Source: Octopus vulgaris (taxonomy: Eukaryota). Taken from it: a DNA stretch of 64,000 nt. The stretch covers positions 129,952,001 through 130,016,000 of the forward strand of contig OX597814.1 in assembly GCA_951406725.2 (NCBI GenBank). The letters run 5' to 3'. Position numbers and translations under genes: made by a program. Shown one piece after another: positions 52,005-64,000 of this stretch (positions are counted from its first letter, which is position 1; each line of letters starts with the position of its first letter). The notes under the pieces were generated by a model, which did no database searches, was not told where the DNA came from, and saw nothing but the letters and a program-made list of their open reading frames with translations.

Positions 52005-53009
52005 TGTGTGTCTGTACACACATATGCACACAGACCCATACACACACATGCGTATGTATATGTATGAACCAAGGTGTAATTAGTATCTATTCATAGACAC
52101 CAAATAATCAAAGTTAGCGAGGCATGGCAAACCATATGATTACTCATTAGGAAATAGATTAAGGAGTTTTAAGGAGAGTTATTAAGGAAGATATACATTG
52201 CACCAATCCTAAGCATAATAAAGAATTAATTACTTTCTCTATAAACTTTATAAATATTGCAGCTTTTTGCCTGGTAAGTTCGTTTTATGGTTATTAGCTT
52301 ACCTGCGAGTGTCTTCTGTTGGCGTTTACCACAGATTACCATAGACTATTAGGAAGAAGCAACGGGTGGTTATGTGAAATCGTTATTTGCTTTGAATCTG
52401 ATGATAATATCTAGTTGTTCGCTCTTTTAGTGTAGTATTTCAATGACTTTTTTATGGATGGGGCAGAAGGAGACAGAGTAAGATAGATAGATAGAGATAG
52501 AGAGAGAGAAAGAGAGAGAGAAAGAAAGAGAGAGGCGATAATTTCGCCCGTGGAGACCTATCATTTAGGTTGATAATGGTCACTCCTAACTTTTGCCGAA
52601 TGGTAATTGCAATACATTACAATAAGATATTAAGTGTCCAGCAAAATGGGAGCGTCAATTTGTGGTAGGTAATCTTTAGTAGCCAGCTGATCGATCTTTC
52701 ATAACATCATCACGTGAGCAGGTCTTCCATCGGCTTGTGTTGCAATCGTTTCTTGTTTCATATAGTGGTTTCTCGATGTATACAGTGAATTTTTTAATGA
52801 TTTTGCTATCAGCCAAGTTTAGGACTATACATCTTTAATTCATTTCTTTTTGCTTGCATGTATACACACGCCCTTCTATTTTTTGAAGTTATCCTATAAG
52901 CATGACTTCAAATATACCCAGCTCTATTGTTGACATGTAGGTTAAAATACCCAGCTCTCATGTAGATTAAAATCACTACTGACATTGAGTAAATTCTTGC
53001 ATATGTTTA

Positions 53010-53742
53010 CTATTCCGTTTACGGATTGCATTTGTAACGTGCTGGCTGACGTTTTTTACCCCCTGGAAACACTTAGTTTTTCTATATTGTCACTCATTAA
53101 CAAAACCAAGTTCACTTAGAGAACTAGGAGAATGCCCAGCTGATGATACGCTTCTCCTTTTCACAGGCCATCTCAAGAGCATTGAAACTGACATGAAACT
53201 GTGTTTTCAGGATTTGTCAGATTTGGAAATCCCACCTTGAAGCGGGTCCATTGAGAGAGAACTTATTGACTTGCAAAATAGGTTTGAATTGAAGCCTTTT
53301 TTAAACGGCACGCTTACCAAGAATTTTGGCTGCAGCCCACTACTCCAGAAAAATTTCCCGCATTGTGGGGAAAAGTCAAAGTTGTTTTTTATTGCTTTTC
53401 CAACCTCGTATTTAGTTGAAAGAGGTTTCAGTGTGGTGTCCCAGTTTCTCAACAAGTCGAGAAATTGCCTGGATATTGTGCAGAGAGGAGACCTGCGACT
53501 TCGCCTTACCACCATGAAGGCCTATAGTGATGAACTCTTGACCAAACACGAAATTCGTCCTTCACATTAACTACATGTATGTCCATGTTTACTGAAAATA
53601 AAAATAAATGGCTATAAAGAACTTCGGTTCTAAAAACGTTACTAAGATGGTGTCGAACAATTTTTAGGGTGGAGGCGGGGATGATGGATGGGCGAAAGTG
53701 CTGAAAAAGGGGCGATAGCTTTAACAAATTTAGGAACCACTG
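53010..53742 (+). mobile_element. hAT Buster/Charlie transposon 3' part
   Basis: FIAFPTSYLVERGFSVV...RNCLDI..RGDLRLRLT...H..PSH dimerisation domain; TIR TTTAGGAACCACTG followed by TTCTAGAG (Buster-type target). Confidence 0.88.
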
Positions 53743-54542
53743 TTCTAGAGAATGAAGTATCTCTCAGCTTCAAAGAGAGGACCTAGAGGATCTCGTTTGA
53801 CTTCTAGGCTAAAGAATTTCTATGCGCAAATAAGCGTGGCGTCAACTTTCTACATAATGAAAAACTGGCTCAGGGATTTTTTCGAAATTAAATCATTATC
53901 AAGTGTTGTTAATGATCTAAATTTCTATAGTCGAAACAAGTATTGAATTAAAAATATGAAACAGCACTTGTACATCCATTGAGTACTACATTTGAAAGTA
54001 GGCTTCCTTTGAAGTAATTTCAACAGCGATGATACTGCGCAATTGCAAACACACGCGCACGTATGTATTGGTTAAAACATAAACATGTGTGTGATGGATG
54101 TGAGAACGTATGTGTGCATCTAATTATATTTACGAGCGTGTGTGTTTATAGATATTCCCCACATACACACCCATCCATACATATATATACATATATATAC
54201 ATATATATATATAAACACACACACTCATAACTATATATGTGTGTATGTTTTTACCCATGTGGATGGAAATATACGTGTATGAATTTAAGCTGAAGCATGT
54301 AACGTTAGATTATAATGTATTGTATAGTTATTTATTGAGCAACAATATAATACAACATAGATGATCTAAAAACATTTTCTAAATTGTTAAACAACCAGTT
54401 CTCTACACAAAAATAGAACAGCTGTATGCATTATTAAAACACAAGTTTAAATATTTGAAGCATTCAAAATAATTAACAATAATCTTTTATAGATTTTTCT
54501 GATAGAAACCGTATTTCGACAATTTTACAAAAGCACTCAAAA

Positions 54543-54696
54543 GAATACAAATACAATGTATACATACATGCATGCATACATACATACATACATACATACA
54601 TACATACATACATACATACATACATACATACATACATACATGCATACATAAATACATACATACATACATACATACATACATACATACATACATACA

Positions 54697-54730
<34 letters not shown>

Positions 54731-55109
54731 CATAAGAATACACACACACACATATATATATATATATGGATAGATGGATGTATTGACTGTTACACATGTA
54801 GTAATGTATTAACAATTAATATAATAAATTATAAAATACACCAAAAACATCATATTACAGAAAGTAGAATATTGAAGTTTGGAAAACAAAAATACATATT
54901 TAAAGTAACCGATTAATGATGTAAAGATATATATTGTACATGGAAAATAAAATGAACAAAATTGATAAATTTTGTATGAATCGTTTGAACGTGTGTGCAT
55001 GTATGTATATATGTGTATGTATATATGTGTATGTATATATGTGTATGTATATATATATACATACATACATATATATATATACATATATGAATATGTATGC
55101 ATGTATATA

Positions 55110-55182
<73 letters not shown>

Positions 55183-55559
55183 CTGTGTGTGTGCACGTGT
55201 GTGCATGTATGTACTCTCTCACGTTCACACAAGCTCTTTCGTTCGCATACATTTCTGAAGTATGTGTGTGTGTGTATACACATACACACACGCGGTTTAT
55301 TTTCACTGATATACATGCAATAGTGTTGTTTTTCCTCCTCAAATTTGCTGTTTACGGATAAGAAAACCATTTTCCATGAAAGGAATCAATTTGTATGTAA
55401 GAAAGTTTATAGAACTTTATATATTATTAATAGCACCAATTTTAATGAATACAAATACAATGTATACATACATGCATGCATACATACATACATACATACA
55501 TACATACATACATACATGCATACATAAATACATACATACATAATACATACATACATACG

Positions 55560-55593
<34 letters not shown>

Positions 55594-55602
55594 CATAAGG
55601 AT

Positions 55603-55634
<32 letters not shown>

Positions 55635-55975
55635 GGATAGATGGATGTATTGACTGTTACACATGTAGTAATGTATTAACAATTAATATAATAAATTATA
55701 AAATACACCAAAAACATCATATTACAGAAAGTAGAATATTGAAGTTTGGAAAACAAAAATACATATTTAAAGTAACCGATTAATGATGTAAAGATATATA
55801 TTGTACATGGAAAATAAAATGAACAAAATTGATAAATTTTGTATGAATCGTTTGAACGTGTGTGCATGTATGTATATATGTGTATGTATATATGTGTATG
55901 TATATATGTGTATGTATATATATATATACATACATATATATATATACATATATGAATATGTATGCATGTATATAT

Positions 55976-56052
<77 letters not shown>

Positions 56053-56318
56053 CTGTGTGTGTGCACGTGTGTGCATGTATGTACTCTCTCACGTTCACAC
56101 AAGCTCTTTCGTTCGCATACATTTCTGAAGTATGTGTGTGTGTGTATACACATACACACACGCGGTTTATTTTCACTGATATACATGCAATATTATGTTG
56201 TTTTTCCTCCTCAAATTTGCTGTTTACGGATAAGAAAACCATTTTCCATGAAAGGAATCAATTTGTATGTAAGCAGTTTATAGAACTTTATATATTATTA
56301 ATAGCACCAATTTTAATG
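54543..56318 (+). repeat. Tandem duplication, two ~0.87-0.9 kb units (junction ~55447); third partial copy 58137-58288
   Basis: Unique parts near-identical; microsatellite lengths differ. Confidence 0.93.
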
Positions 56319-56403
56319 TTTTGCACTCTCTCCAATATCTAAACTTATATTTATAGTGGGATCTAATTTGATTTGAGCTGTGAGGGGCTATGTATCTACC
56401 AAC

Positions 56404-56456
<53 letters not shown>

Positions 56457-56582
56457 ACTTTTCCTTTTTCGCGTTATAAATACGTATATAGACTTGTATA
56501 CATATACATATATATATATATGTAGATATATGTATGTGAATATATATGTGCATGTACATATATATATTTCCACACACACATA

Positions 56583-56649
<67 letters not shown>

Positions 56650-56650
<1 letters not shown>

Positions 56651-56836
56651 TCAAAATAAGCAACAAGGATATCCAGAGGTAATGCACCACGATCGTTTCA
56701 TGCAACTCCAATTAATTGCATTACATCTGGATATCCTTGTTGCTTATATTGATTTTTATCACCTTACTTTGAAATTGTATAGATAATGCCGTACAAAATT
56801 CTGGTGCCACAACTTAAGTACCATATTTATCTGAAT
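56650..56836. mobile_element. Second copy of the 36.5-kb fold-back family, in (TA)n
   Basis: Reverse complement of 36521-36640 plus a shorter inverted arm. Confidence 0.8.
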
Positions 56837-56843
56837 CTCTCTC

Positions 56844-56893
<50 letters not shown>

Positions 56894-56957
56894 TGTGTGT
56901 GTGTGCATGTATATATCTAGCTGTGTGTATTTTCCCTTGTTAACAACAAGTAACTCC

Positions 56958-57002
<45 letters not shown>

Positions 57003-57005
<3 letters not shown>

Positions 57006-57290
57006 TAATAAATAAATAAAACATATGCATATATACATACATATATGTACGTACCTACCTCTACATGTATATATACATGCATATATGGGTACAGGACATC
57101 AAAAAAACGTCGAATACATTGAGAAACGAAAACATAAACACAAAACCAAGGAAATGGACATTTTTTTAAAACAACGAAAAAATAGAGTACAGGACAAACA
57201 AAACAAGGAAAATTCCCCTTCTTCAGTCGCCTTAATTTCATCTACTCCACGTTTCAAAGGTCAAGGCGATACATGAATTCAATGAAAAAA
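57003..57290 (-). mobile_element. PLE-like pLTR fragment in (TA)n
   Basis: Complex ~290 bp flanked by (TA)n on both sides; contains HHR strands. Confidence 0.55.
57215..57277 (-). ncRNA. Permuted hammerhead-like motif, intact core, best copy
   Basis: TTCATGT-A-TCGCCTTGA-CCTTT-GAA-ACGTGGA-gtagatgaaa-TTAAGGCGA-CTGAAGA-AGGGG; stem I 9 bp, II 5 bp, III 7 bp including wobbles. Confidence 0.55.
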
Positions 57291-57332
57291 AAAAAAATAT
57301 ATATATGTATAAGTATATGACTATATATATAC

Positions 57333-57431
<99 letters not shown>

Positions 57432-57683
57432 ATGAACACTTCTCTGAACTTATTATATATATGAAAGAGATGATGGTGTCATTGAGACCTAAAGGTATCA
57501 GGTAATGCTGAATAAGTGCTATACACAGACCATAGTTAAGTTCCAGGTTCGGTAATTATACCTAAAAAATGGATTTACAATTTCAATACCCACACCTATT
57601 CTGCATCTGTTTTCTTTCCTCCACCTCACTCTCTATTTTGTATCACATCTAAACTATCTATGACTTAACTATCCTCTCACACC

Positions 57684-57735
57684 GTCTCCGATGAAGGGAT
57701 GTAATAAATAAATATCCTAGAAACAGCTGTAAGAT
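57684..57735 (+). ncRNA. Minimal type I hammerhead (U4 to C) in a (TA)n-flanked pLTR-like segment
   Basis: GTCT-CCGATGA-A-GGGATGT..ATATCCT-A-GAA-ACAGCTGT-A-AGAT. Confidence 0.6.
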
Positions 57736-57871
57736 CTTCTATTTATAAATGCTCTAATATCTACACAGCCTTGTTTTTTTTTTTTATCTTATTACGCAAA
57801 AAATTCTTATATATATATATATATGTATGTATGTATGTATACATACGTATAGTCACTCATAAGGCTTTCAT

Positions 57872-59075
57872 AAGTGCCAATGGAAACATGGTATCCAGTA
57901 CAAGCTGTTGCATGGTCGGGTTGTGGGCGGCTAAACCGGCAACCCCACCAGGCTACCCTGGTGAGGAGAGTTGCTAGAAACCCAGCAGGATTTAAACGAA
58001 GACATCTTAAAAGATCGAATGACCTTAGTGCAAGCTGATGCAAATGACAAGACGCTTTACCATCTTATGAAGCAAGCTTATGGGCCTAAGAGCTTTTACT
58101 CTATTTGCTAAATCAACAGAAACCACAGATTGTTGAACAATTAATATGATAAATTATAAAATACGCCAGAAACATCATATTACAGAAAGTAGAATATTGA
58201 AGTTTGGAAACAAAAATACATATTTAAAGTAACCGATTAATGATGTAAAGTTATATATTGTATATGAAAATAATTGATAAATTTTGTAGTGAACACTTCT
58301 CTGAAATTAATAAAACATCAAGATGATCCGATGATACCGGAAGGATCCATACATTTAATACACCATTACATAGGAAAAGGCAATATAGAATAATGAAATG
58401 AGATAACTACAGTAATAGTAAAGTAAAAAGATGGCAAGAGATATAAGTAAATATTACAAATACCCGCCTGAATATGCAAATAAATGTCCAAAACTGGATC
58501 CCAATGTGGCTTCCGATCTGGTAGTGGAACAATAGTCATATCATTTCATAGCATAAAAGCAAGACAGATGAGGCATTAACAAAGATGCTATCAGAGAATT
58601 AAATGTAAATCTTGTCCTGAGTATTGGAGCATAGTGAAAAATATTATATAATCATATACATATAAATATAAAAATATAAAAAAGTAAAATATAAAAACTT
58701 ATACATCATAATGCTACACTTGTATAATATAATACACATTTGTACAAAAAGGAAGGTAACCAGAACAAAATAAAACAAAACCTGTCATCTCCACAGATGG
58801 AGGAAGTAGGTTAAGGAGGATGTCGACACCTTTGAAAAAGCTCGTATTTAAAAGAGCAAGAATTTAAGCCTGCCTGAAAGCACACTGCTAGCGTAGTGGA
58901 TGGGGAAAACTTGGTAATTGCAATGTTTGCAGTCATGTATGCTTGTCAAGCTAGCAAGGTTTATTTGCTACCAACAAGTCGCAAATGCAAAATATAAGTT
59001 AGTCCTAGAGCGCACAATATTCCTAAAGGTCAGCACTGGTCTTCCTCGGTGACGAGTAGACGGCCATCATACACA
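57872..59075 (+). mobile_element. Fragmented RTE (BovB-like) element: 5' UTR, linker fragment, C-terminus and 3' tail
   Basis: LYHLMKQAYGPK near 58050; RWRK.VKEDVDTFEKARI and CNVCSHVCLS near 58.8-58.95 kb; interrupted by unrelated sequence. Confidence 0.55.
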
Positions 59076-59101
59076 CGCGCGCGCACACACACATATATAT
59101 G

Positions 59102-59151
<50 letters not shown>

Positions 59152-59261
59152 AAGTTACTTACCACATATACATACATGTATATGTTGACATATCTATAAG
59201 TGTGTGAATGTGTTTATATGTATATATGTATGTATACATATACACACACATGTATATATAT

Positions 59262-59647
59262 GTCTGACGAAGTGACACTCTCATGTCTACAACCACAAAC
59301 AAATTTTTGCATAAACTGGCGTTGCAAGCTGAGTTAGTACAGAAACGTTTGTAGGGTATCACTAAAGATGTGTTAAAGAATTTCTTTTTCTTTTTATCTG
59401 GGCTATATATGAGTGCAAGTAAGTACATAATTGTATATATATATATGTATATATATGTATATATATATATATATACAATTATGTACTTACTTGCACTCAT
59501 ATATAGCCCAGATAAAAAGAAAAAGAAATTCTTTAACACATCTTTAGTGATACCCTACAAACGTTTCTGTACTAACTCAGCTTGCAACGCCAGTTTATGC
59601 AAAACCTTGTTTGTGGTTGTAGACATGAGAATGTCACTTCGTCAGAC
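59262..59647. repeat. Palindrome with ~172-bp arms and a (TA)n centre
   Basis: ORF track gives the same peptide on both strands; arms begin GTCTGACGAAGTGAC. Confidence 0.95.
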
Positions 59648-59749
59648 TTGCATCAAGGGTAGACTATCGTCAGACTTGCATCAAAGGTAGATTTCCAGAC
59701 ATTGATGTTTGCCATATTTCGGGAGGAAACAAAAAGTAAATAAAAGTGC

Positions 59750-60165
59750 AGTTAGGGGATGAGTATTTACCAGAGACTTCATGTAGGAAGGACTTAGAAG
59801 AAGGATACTTAATCCCCAGATCACGCATTACACATAAATCTGGATTGCCGCTTTTTTGCTTCTAAGTATATCTTTGCGTAATGTTAGCAAAAGCTAGCTG
59901 ATAGCATAGATTTTTCCTCCGTTAAAGTGCATGTCATTTTCTTCAGCCCATTTATACGTGACATCAAGTTATTTCTGTAGAAGATTAACGTCGGAAGGTT
60001 ACTAGACTGCTTGTGTGATACTTTTGCGTCATTGGCATAGATACTAAATGAAATTGTCTATGTAAATGCTGGCGTGTCCGAATGAGTGACGATAAAAAGC
60101 AGCGGCTCCCCAAGACAGTCACTTGAGGAACTCCACCCACTATAACTGTTACCTTGGAGACTGCA
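59750..60165 (-). mobile_element. CR1/L2-like RT fragment
   Basis: [23 protein letters not shown] and YKWAEENDMHFN across frameshifts. Confidence 0.75.
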
Positions 60166-60173
60166 ATATATAT

Positions 60174-60231
<58 letters not shown>

Positions 60232-60255
60232 TTGTGTGTGTATATATATATCAGC

Positions 60256-60286
<31 letters not shown>

Positions 60287-60336
60287 AATATAAACATACA
60301 TACATACATACATACATACATACATACATACATACA

Positions 60337-60765
<429 letters not shown>

Positions 60766-60784
60766 TATATACATAAATATATAT

Positions 60785-61325
60785 GGTGGCTGCCCCCTCG
60801 TTATCGAGGTATGGCCATTGCACGAAGCTTAATCAATGTTGTTATCGTGCAATGCCTGTGCAAGATTTTTTTTAAAGTGAGGAAAGGCTGTGCACTGAGT
60901 CACTCCCACTCACTAAGCAACACCAGCCATAATCCGAAAAGAAGAACAAGTCAACATCATCGGTAGCCACTGAGCCGCAGGTTTTATGTCGGAGTTATCT
61001 CAGTTACCTGAGTTACCTTCTCCTAGAAGGATGCTCTAACAAATGCTAGGAGTCCTTCACTCCCAATGGTTTATCTGCACGATCGAGTATTCAGTCCGAT
61101 TATTTCTATGTCCCCGCACATGATACAGCCTTAGGACATTTATTGGATGGCCGTTGACTCTCAAGAGTTCCTCCGCCCTTTGACGGGTTTTGCTTTTTAT
61201 CCCGCTGGGTGTCCAATAAACACCCTCCTCACCAAGCAAGCTTGGTGGAGTTGCCGGTTTAGTCGCCGACGACCCAACCATGCAACAGGTTGTACTGGGT
61301 TACATGTTACCAGTGGCACTCGAAA
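60785..61325 (-). mobile_element. Non-autonomous RTE-derived element (5' UTR plus 3' tail-like end)
   Basis: 5' part homologous to 57872-58010; 3' end CCTCGATAACGAGGGGGCAGCCACC resembles CCTCGGTGACGAGTAGACGGCCATC at 59044-59068. Confidence 0.6.
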
Positions 61326-61368
61326 GTGACCTGACATAAATACACACATATATACATATACATTACAA

Positions 61369-61399
<31 letters not shown>

Positions 61400-61402
61400 T
61401 AC

Positions 61403-63449
61403 CAGTGATTCCCAAACTTTTCATGCCAAATTGTAATATCGCCCACCTATCGGCCAAAAAATGCTCCATTGCCCACCTGTGTATAAAACTCCCTGATGCA
61501 ACCTCCCCATCACAAAATCCCCTATGGCCCCAACTTGTATAATTTGACACATACACAATATCGTAGACTCGTAGCCCTGTTAGTGCCATTTTAACTAAAT
61601 ATACGGTTGTTTACAAATCCTTCATTTTGGGTTTAGTTTTGCCATTAGTGTGAATAAAATTCTAACGTTAAGTCTATATTATGCAGACATATTATCTTCT
61701 GGAAACTTGCGCTTTCTTTAACACTGATTTTCATTTTCCCCAAATGAACCATTAATCAGAACTACCGATGCAAAAATAATTAATGATTGTACTCATAGGG
61801 AAAAGAATAAAACTTTTTAATGAGAACTGTGTATCTGGTGCGATGCAGCTAGTGCAGATACATTCGCTTTCAAACTTGCCAACTTTAGCCGCAAGTCTTC
61901 TCGTTGTATCATATCCAGTCCAATACTTTTATAGGAAAATAAAGTTTCAACATGGCTAAAACCAGATTCAACCAGGTATGAGGCAGGGAAGGCAAGCAAA
62001 AGTAATTTAAGATGTTTCCACGGATTGTGGTAGGAATTCAATATACTCTGATGGCACCACAAACCTTCTTTGCCAATATGGCGATATCGCACTGTGGCGT
62101 CATTGTCATTTTGTAATTCTATCAATTCCTCCTGAACATCATCCACGCAATCGACTGTATCGACCTCAAACGGATTCCTATACCAATTTGGAATATTCTG
62201 CGCAATAACATCTTGAAATCGCTCCACCATGTTATCGTGCAATGATTGTAAATAGTTGCGATATGTAGTTAAATCCTCATCCATCAATTCATCTTTCAAA
62301 GAATCTGGCTGAGGAAATTGGTAGAATTGACGTTTTGAAGTGTTAGTCTTAAACAACAATTTGGAAATGGAGGTTGTGATAAATGATTTACAATCAACGA
62401 GAGTTTTTCTGTTTCCTTGCAATAACTTGTTCAAATCATTTAATTTTGTGAATATATCACTAAGAAAAAAGATATCGCACCATGCAACCATCAATGACGC
62501 GGATAGTGGAATATCTTCAAAGAAAAAGATATTATATAAAAGAGTCCAACATAACGTAAAACACAGTTTCTTTTCGACAGCCACCGCACTTTGGTATGGA
62601 ATAAGAGTTTAGTATGGTCCTCATCATTTCTCAGACAGAGTTGACGGAAAACTCGATCAAAGGACTAGACTTGAATTTGTTCACAGCCTTGATAACTAAC
62701 TTTAGCGCATCATTCAATCTACTGCTCATATTTTTTGCCACTAAATGCTGCCGGTGTGCCAAGCAATGGGCGGTTAGTATCTGGTGGGAAATTTCACATT
62801 ATCCTTGAAGGGGCTCCATCAGACGCACAGGCAAGAATATTACTGAGTGAGATATGTTCAAAAAGACTTGAGAGTGTGAAAAATAGTTGCACCTTTTGAA
62901 TCAAGCGGCAATTTCTCTGTGAACAGCATTTCCTCACAAGGTTGAAGGCCTTTGCTGAAATACCGAACATAGACCATCATCAAACATCGATTGACCACAA
63001 TAGTTAAATCATCTACTTGTATAGAAAATTCAGAACACTGGAGAATATAACTTATTTATTTTTTGGAGTTTTCAGAAAATGTTTGCGAATTTGAATTCTA
63101 TACGTGAGGCTTCATACAATAATCTACCCCACCCACCAAAAATAAATTTGTAGTGGAGTGTGATTTAAGGCCTAGGCCTATTTGGTTGCTATTTTTAGCA
63201 CGCATGACAACCATCTCAATGACTACGACAAAAATATTCGATCGATAAACAAGTCCGCTTTTTTAATATGCGAGTAGTCACATCGATAAAAGTGCATCAT
63301 TATTCTAGGCATGCCTAGATATCAGTAAATGCAGACTTAATTTTTAAAAATTCATTGTCACCCACAAAATGTTCATATCGCCCACCATTTTTTAGAAATT
63401 CGTCCATTGCCCACCTGTAAGTTGAAATGGCCCACTTTGAGAAGCCATG
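61403..63449 (-). mobile_element. hAT Buster/Charlie (ZBED8/SCAND3-like) transposon, degraded
   Basis: FSIQVD..YVRY, SDGA, HCLAHRQHL, FLSDIFTKLNDLNKLLQG and LLAFPASYLVESGFS; imperfect TIRs CAGTGATTCCCAAA / TTTGAGAAGCCATG; GCCCACC subterminal repeats at both ends. Confidence 0.88.
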
Positions 63450-63599
63450 GTATATACATCTATATATTATTCTATACACATTCACAAAAATTTAGAACAA
63501 TATATATATATTTACATACATAGAGAGTGTGGTGAATATATTGTCGTCTAAATTACGCAAAAATGAAGATAACACTGACATCTCATTTCAACAGATATA

Positions 63600-64000
63600 T
63601 TTACCAAAATTACTTAAAAATCTTGAAATACTAAAGAGTAAATTTAATCAATGAAATCACCATTGGCTCCAAACACGACCTCCAGACGACTCCAGAATCT
63701 CCTGCAACTCTTCTGGACGAACTCCTTGTTTATGTTGTTGGATACTGCCATAAACCTCGCCTTCAGTTCATCTTTGGTGTTATAAGGAATTTTGCTGGTC
63801 TCTTGGTCAACTGCGCCCTACATATTATAACCAAGGGGTTTGCAGTCTGGGGAGTTAGGTATGTAGCTAGATGTTAGGGGTGATGCGGTCGCAAAAATTG
63901 TCAGACAACCATGACTTAGTGCTCCTGCTTGTGTGGCTTGGCACAGAGTCCTGTTGGCAGCCACTCTCTTGACTCAGGGCAACACTACCTCCTCCGGATA
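63600..64000 (-). mobile_element. Tc1/mariner (maT DD37D-like) transposase C-terminal fragment, runs off window
   Basis: QQDSVPSHTSRST.SWL...PNSPDCKPLGYNM.GAV...CRRFWSRLEVVFGANGDFID. Confidence 0.82.

Noticed and set aside
59264-59370. Complete hammerhead in the 59-kb palindrome arms
   Set aside because: CTGACGA and GAAACGTT are present, but no consistent three-stem junction could be built
61817-62584. Domesticated ZBED8/SCAND3-like host gene
   Set aside because: Upstream catalytic region is broken by frameshifts and stops, and TIR remnants persist; a transposon fossil

Overview
AT-rich eukaryotic DNA, saturated with microsatellites and made up almost entirely of decayed transposable elements. 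The SINE families and repeat style fit an octopus or other coleoid cephalopod genome best (inference, not searched). No intact host protein-coding gene, rRNA, functional tRNA or CRISPR array is supportable; most ORFs in the track are translations of (TA)n, (CA)n, (TATG)n or (AAT)n tracts. Recognisable content: several tRNA-derived SINE families, a 2.5-kb RTE LINE plus RTE fragments, many R4/Dong-type LINE fragments, a CR1-like RT fragment, Penelope-like (PLE) GIY-YIG fragments, hAT (Buster/Charlie), mariner, Tc1/maT and pogo-type MITE relics, and a ~0.9-kb tandem duplication. The most interesting signal is non-coding. More than ten short elements embedded mostly in (TA)n tracts, many of them fold-back palindromes, carry hammerhead ribozyme (HHR) motifs. 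These include canonical minimal type I HHRs and three HHRs with a compensatory U3-A8 core. Three sequence-divergent elements (1.5, 51.1 and 57.2 kb) carry all three HHR strands with covarying stems, but in an order matching none of types I, II or III, so they are a candidate permuted, pseudoknotted or dimer-dependent hammerhead. All structures were folded by eye and are untested.
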